This document shows, piece by piece, positions 59,875-64,000 of a stretch of DNA of 64,000 bases. Source of the DNA: Amphiscolops sp. MND2022 (lineage: Eukaryota); assembly GCA_964187785.1 (NCBI GenBank), contig OZ076409.1, forward strand, positions 4,218,001 to 4,282,000, given 5' to 3'. The notes below the pieces were generated by a model that saw only the letters and a list, made by a program, of their open reading frames with translations, was not told the DNA's origin and did not search any database. Every line of letters begins with the position of its first letter. The stretch's first letter is position 1. The translations under genes and the position numbers were made by a program.

Positions 59875-60090
59875 CAGTGCCGAAAACAACAATTTCGCAA
59901 GGAATTATATTTTGGTTTGGAATTGTGACGAGAACCTCGTTCACGGGAATGTGTGTACCACGGTTGCACTGAAAATTGATCACTGAATATTGTTCAGAGG
60001 AGGCACTTCCAAGATCCCGTGAGCCGCAAGAGAAACACTTTGACGTGTGACTGTCACATATGTCAGCATTCACGAATCCCGAAAGTGAGC
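59875..60090 (-). CDS. Probable host exon: C-terminal half of an F-type lectin-like domain
   Basis: KCFSCG..FQC..NEVLVTIP..IIPCEIVVFG; TTTTTTCAAG acceptor and GTGAGA donor; 216 nt, phase 1-1. Confidence 0.6.
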
Positions 60091-60964
60091 CTTGAAAAAA
60101 TGAAAAACATATTTCACAGTTTTATATTTATGTGTTGTTAGTTCTAGAAGTGAATCTTACCGAAACATCTCACATTCCAAGTTTTCTTTGATTTTATCCT
60201 TTACACGATACTATCTGTAGATTATTCACCATGTATCATACTGCATGGTGCTTGAAATTTTGCAGCTGAAAAACTTAGTTGTCAAGCATGTAGTTGACAT
60301 GACACAGTAGAGCAGAAACGTTGCTTTTGTGTTTTTTCCGTAACATGTAATAAATTATTATCCATCAAAGGCAAACCGTTAGTGGTTGAAAACACGCAAC
60401 TGGTTCACAAAACTTACGACCTTGGCAAATGAACGCGTTCAAGTAGCCAAGAAAAAACGCGCCCGAGTGCCAATGGAACAACCAACGATGACAGATGACA
60501 CTGGTAGGCGGCAATTTGTGCTCCATTTGCCGCTTGACAGGTAATATAAAGGGATATTATTTTTACTTCCTCTATTTCATCTCCACTCGTTCACTTATAG
60601 TCTAGATGATGGACCAGTCAATGCCAAGACAAGAAACTTAATTTTGAACGTGACCTTTGAAACTTATAACTCAGAAAACTTTGAAACGATTTCAAGATTT
60701 CAGTTGAAAATTACCAATTTTAGCAAAAATGGCCCTATGTAAAAAAAGGTGAAACTGGCCCTCCGGGTGAAACACTCTTTTAATCACCTCGAAATCGACA
60801 CACATATTCTGGTGGCGCTCACCTAATTTTTAACTCAGAGCACCCCAACGCCGTATGTCCCCTGAGTTCCGAGCAATTAACTCCATAGGTGAGCTAGGTC
60901 GGACCCCATGGAAACCCAATTTTGCTATACAAGTTATTATGCGCTTTTTCAGATGACGTTGACG

Positions 60965-61550
60965 GAAATGTAACTCTGATAAAATTAATGATGATTACAT
61001 TGTGTAAACATACTCTCCAACCCATCTAATAGTCATGCCAAAACCACCACATAGTTTGTTTACTTAGCCAATAACTTAATATTATGCTTCAAATGTCACT
61101 TATACAAACTTCCCTATATTTGCTATCTATTTACTTAAGAGTATTAAATCAGATTTATATCATTACTAGATAGAGATTTTCAAGACTGAAGACGTATAGT
61201 TAAGTTGGATCTCAGGATCTGAGGAGACAAATTAACTTTCCAAATCTTTCAAACTCTCTCTAAAGTCAGAGCCAACAAGTAGCTACTCTCATGGTTTCAG
61301 AGTTCGAGCGCGTTAATATACAGAGCGGGAAGTATATGACGGTTTTCAGCAGATCCACCTTAGTGTGAAGCGGGATCGCAAGAGATCCCACGGGTCAAAT
61401 CCGGCCATAAGATTCAATCCTTTAAAACAACAAACCTTGATTGTTTAGTAACGGTTCTCAGTACAAAACAACGAACCAGGGCGGCGTAAAGCGTGTCAAG
61501 TTTCAACGCAAGATGAGGGCAAGCAGCCGCTACATTTGGTCCACCGACCC
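60965..61550 (+). mobile_element. LTR 3' part plus PBS of a probable BEL/Pao-type element related to the solo LTR (5' boundary undetermined)
   Basis: Shares gtttgtttacttagccaataactt, gggcggcgtaaag and caagcagccg(c/t)taca with 43685-44559. Ends CA at 61534, followed by TT-TGGTCCACCGA. Confidence 0.7.
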
Positions 61551-61626
61551 AGACAGGAAGAAAATGGTGACAAAGACAGCTCGTTGGTGGACACAATTAA
61601 AGAAGATTGCCCAAGGAGACAAACCG

Positions 61627-61833
61627 TATAGTGAATCTGGGAGATTGAGATATTGTGACTCTGGGAGACGGAGCTACTGTTTATCGGAGAGTTTGGGTTA
61701 TTGCATCTCTGGGAGCTTCAAATATTGTGTCTTTGAGAGATTGGGCTATTGTGACTCTTGGAGTTCGGGTTATTGTGACTCTGGGAGTTTGGGCTATGGT
61801 GACTGTGGGAGTTTGGGCAATTGTGACTTTGGA
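61627..61833 (+). repeat. 24-bp minisatellite (~8.5 copies, consensus TATTGTGACTCTGGGAGTTTGGGC)
   Basis: Visible periodicity; translates as YCDSGSLG repeats in ORF 61441-61992. Confidence 0.85.
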
Positions 61834-64000
61834 AACAAAACTCAATCGAGAAGACAAGTGCTAACTGAACATAAACGGTTTGATATGTACAAAATTGAAC
61901 ACTTTCTGAAACTCTCAGCGGACAAAGCCCAAGTTATGAACTTCTGGGATGCAGCTGTCGGGCACTGCAGGACTGTCAAGGAACTTGATTAAAACCTAGC
62001 TAGATGATAAAAAAACAGATAGCAGAGTTATTGTTACGACAAACAGATAGCATAATTAGGCAAAAACAGCTCATTAAGGCACTGGAAATGCAAAAATTCT
62101 AGTGTCAACCTCAGATACCCGAACTGTTTCTGGCTATTTCTTGGTAACCACTGGTCAGAATCACTCGCGGTTTTCTGCGTTTGCAACTTTATACTCTATA
62201 CTAACAGAAAAAAGGGCAAGCGAAACCTGGTAGGATCCAAATAAAGCTCTCAAATAATTTCTAAGCTATGCTTTTCACACTCTCGGAACAATACTGAAAA
62301 TACGTACTTTCACCAAGAAGTTTTTATCTCTCAGTTCTCAGACGTTCCAAATGGTTTTAACAGTAGTGTAAGAAGGTGTAATAACCTTGTTCAGGGGTTG
62401 GGGTTCTTTTAATTTTTAGTTTCGTTTTAATACAGCTCAGGTCTAGGGAGGTCCTTCACTCAGGTCTACTTAGAACAAAAGGCTTGAGAATTAACACCCA
62501 GGGCTTCCCCTTGCCAAATTTGGTCACAAAGGCCAAATTTGACGATTTTTAACCAAAATTTGGTAAACCTTTCGCAATTTCCAAAATTCAACCCAGCAAA
62601 AGGTTTTGTTCCTGACCTAGTAGGTCTGTTGGAACGTTTTTTTTCATTCTTCAATTGTTCCCACTGGCCGTTTTCTATTCTACAAAAAAATGGCTTACAA
62701 AATCGGTAAAATTGAAATTTGAGCTTTATATGGTGTTATTTTCAAGGTTTTCGCGCTCAAACCTTTTGACAATCGGTCCGAACACCCACAGAGTATTTTT
62801 CCCAGTTAGTTTTTGTGTGAATAGGCCTGGGAATACGATTTTTGAGCTAATAAATAAGGAAAGTTGGGAATGTAACCCGATTGACGTGGGGGTGCTGCAA
62901 TCACAGGCGTGTGGGAGATGTGGTCGTGTAGGACGTCACGTCTTCGTGTCAGCTAGCGTGAACCTTTACTGCTCGTCCTCTCGGTGGCCATATATTGCCG
63001 ATTTGCTTAAATGCAGCTACAGAACCCTTTGAAACCACTTGCGGATAACCCGGATTAACTTTTTCAACCGATAGAATAAAAGCAAAAGGGAAATACTGTC
63101 TGAAACCGTCTATTTCTTGTTCCAGACCTCGGAAATGTGCGGGAAACGCAAGTAAAACACTGCTACAAAGCCTAAAAGGCTAGGAAAAGCCATTAAAAAA
63201 ATTTGGGACCCTCTTAGAAAAATTTCCCAGGTCCGGAGCTAGCAGGGCCGGAAAGCAGGAAAAACTCCTAGTTTGACGCTAAAGTGAAAAATATCCCTCT
63301 GTGGTCGTCATAATAACTATTCCACATGTAACGTCCGGCTAGCGGCGCACATCTAGGAAGTGGGATAATGCCTGATGTGCTTAAACAGGAGACCGTTGTC
63401 TTACTACAACCTTGAACATCAGTTTTTCTTCCAAAATGGTCTCCTAGGGGAACTTTTCATGCGTCTAAGGAGACTCCTCAGATTAGTGCTCCGAGGCGAC
63501 GCGCCGGCACTCTCAAATCCGATCACGTTCCACAAGCCTGTAAAAACATTCCTAAAACTTCCTGCGAGTTCCTACGTATTTCCGAGGTCCAAAAACAGAG
63601 GTTTAGCTAGAAAACATCATTTCGGGGAAAAGTATTTAAAATGTTCCAAACATCGACCTACTAGGTCTAACATTAATAAAACCCTGAAAATGTGCAAGAA
63701 CACTACAGAACAGCGCTGAAAAGGCATTCAAAACAGTTCTCAGCGAGTTTTGAGTCTTGGGTACAATTCATACAAAAATTGCAATTTCTTCTTCATTCTT
63801 CTGTTCTGCTGTTTTTGGGTCAGATGGCACAACACTGGGATATTGTCTCCTCTCAGCTTCTGGAGGTCTTCGGGTGTCTGATTATACAGGTTTCTCGGTG
63901 ATCGGGGTGGGGGTTGGGGTGGTTTTTGCACTCTTTTTTTCCTCCTTTTCAATTTCCAGTACCTGCCGGGTCGGCCGTCTTGATTTTGTGCCTTTTTCGA

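Noticed and set aside
61627..61833. CRISPR-like array
   Set aside because: Contiguous degenerate 24-bp units without unique spacers, in eukaryotic DNA.

Overview
Eukaryotic, AT-rich, repeat-dense window (probably an invertebrate animal), dominated by nested Ty3/Gypsy LTR retroelements. (1) A complete 16.4-kb element (6458-22878, - strand, 1.9-kb TG...CA LTRs, 5-bp TSD AGAAT) with very unusual architecture. gag starts inside the LTR, so the PBS lies within gag. pol is reached by a -1 frameshift. Where env would normally sit there are two divergent accessory genes. One is an ANTISENSE, spliceosomal-intron-containing gene (5, possibly 6, exons; ~1260 aa) that looks like a catalytically dead hAT DNA-transposase derivative. 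The other is a 260-aa sense ORF with cyclin-binding- and SUMO-interaction-like motifs that runs into the 3' LTR, where no polypurine tract is visible. A diverged relic of the antisense gene with the same splice donor lies at ~4030-5330. (2) A 23.5-kb retrovirus-like Gypsy element (34250-57712, - strand, ~283-bp LTRs, 4-bp TSD GAAC) with degenerate gag-pol, an S/T/P-rich ORF, a class III (herpes gB/chuvirus-like) env and several post-env ORFs. It carries a 4.3-kb internal tandem duplication and a nested 875-bp solo LTR. (3) An older decayed env-bearing relative (~5335-30000) into which element 1 inserted. (4) Probable host F-type-lectin-like exons on the - strand on both sides of element 2, a BEL/Pao-like LTR+PBS near 61.5 kb, and a 200-N gap. 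All family assignments come from motif recognition by eye; no database search was run.
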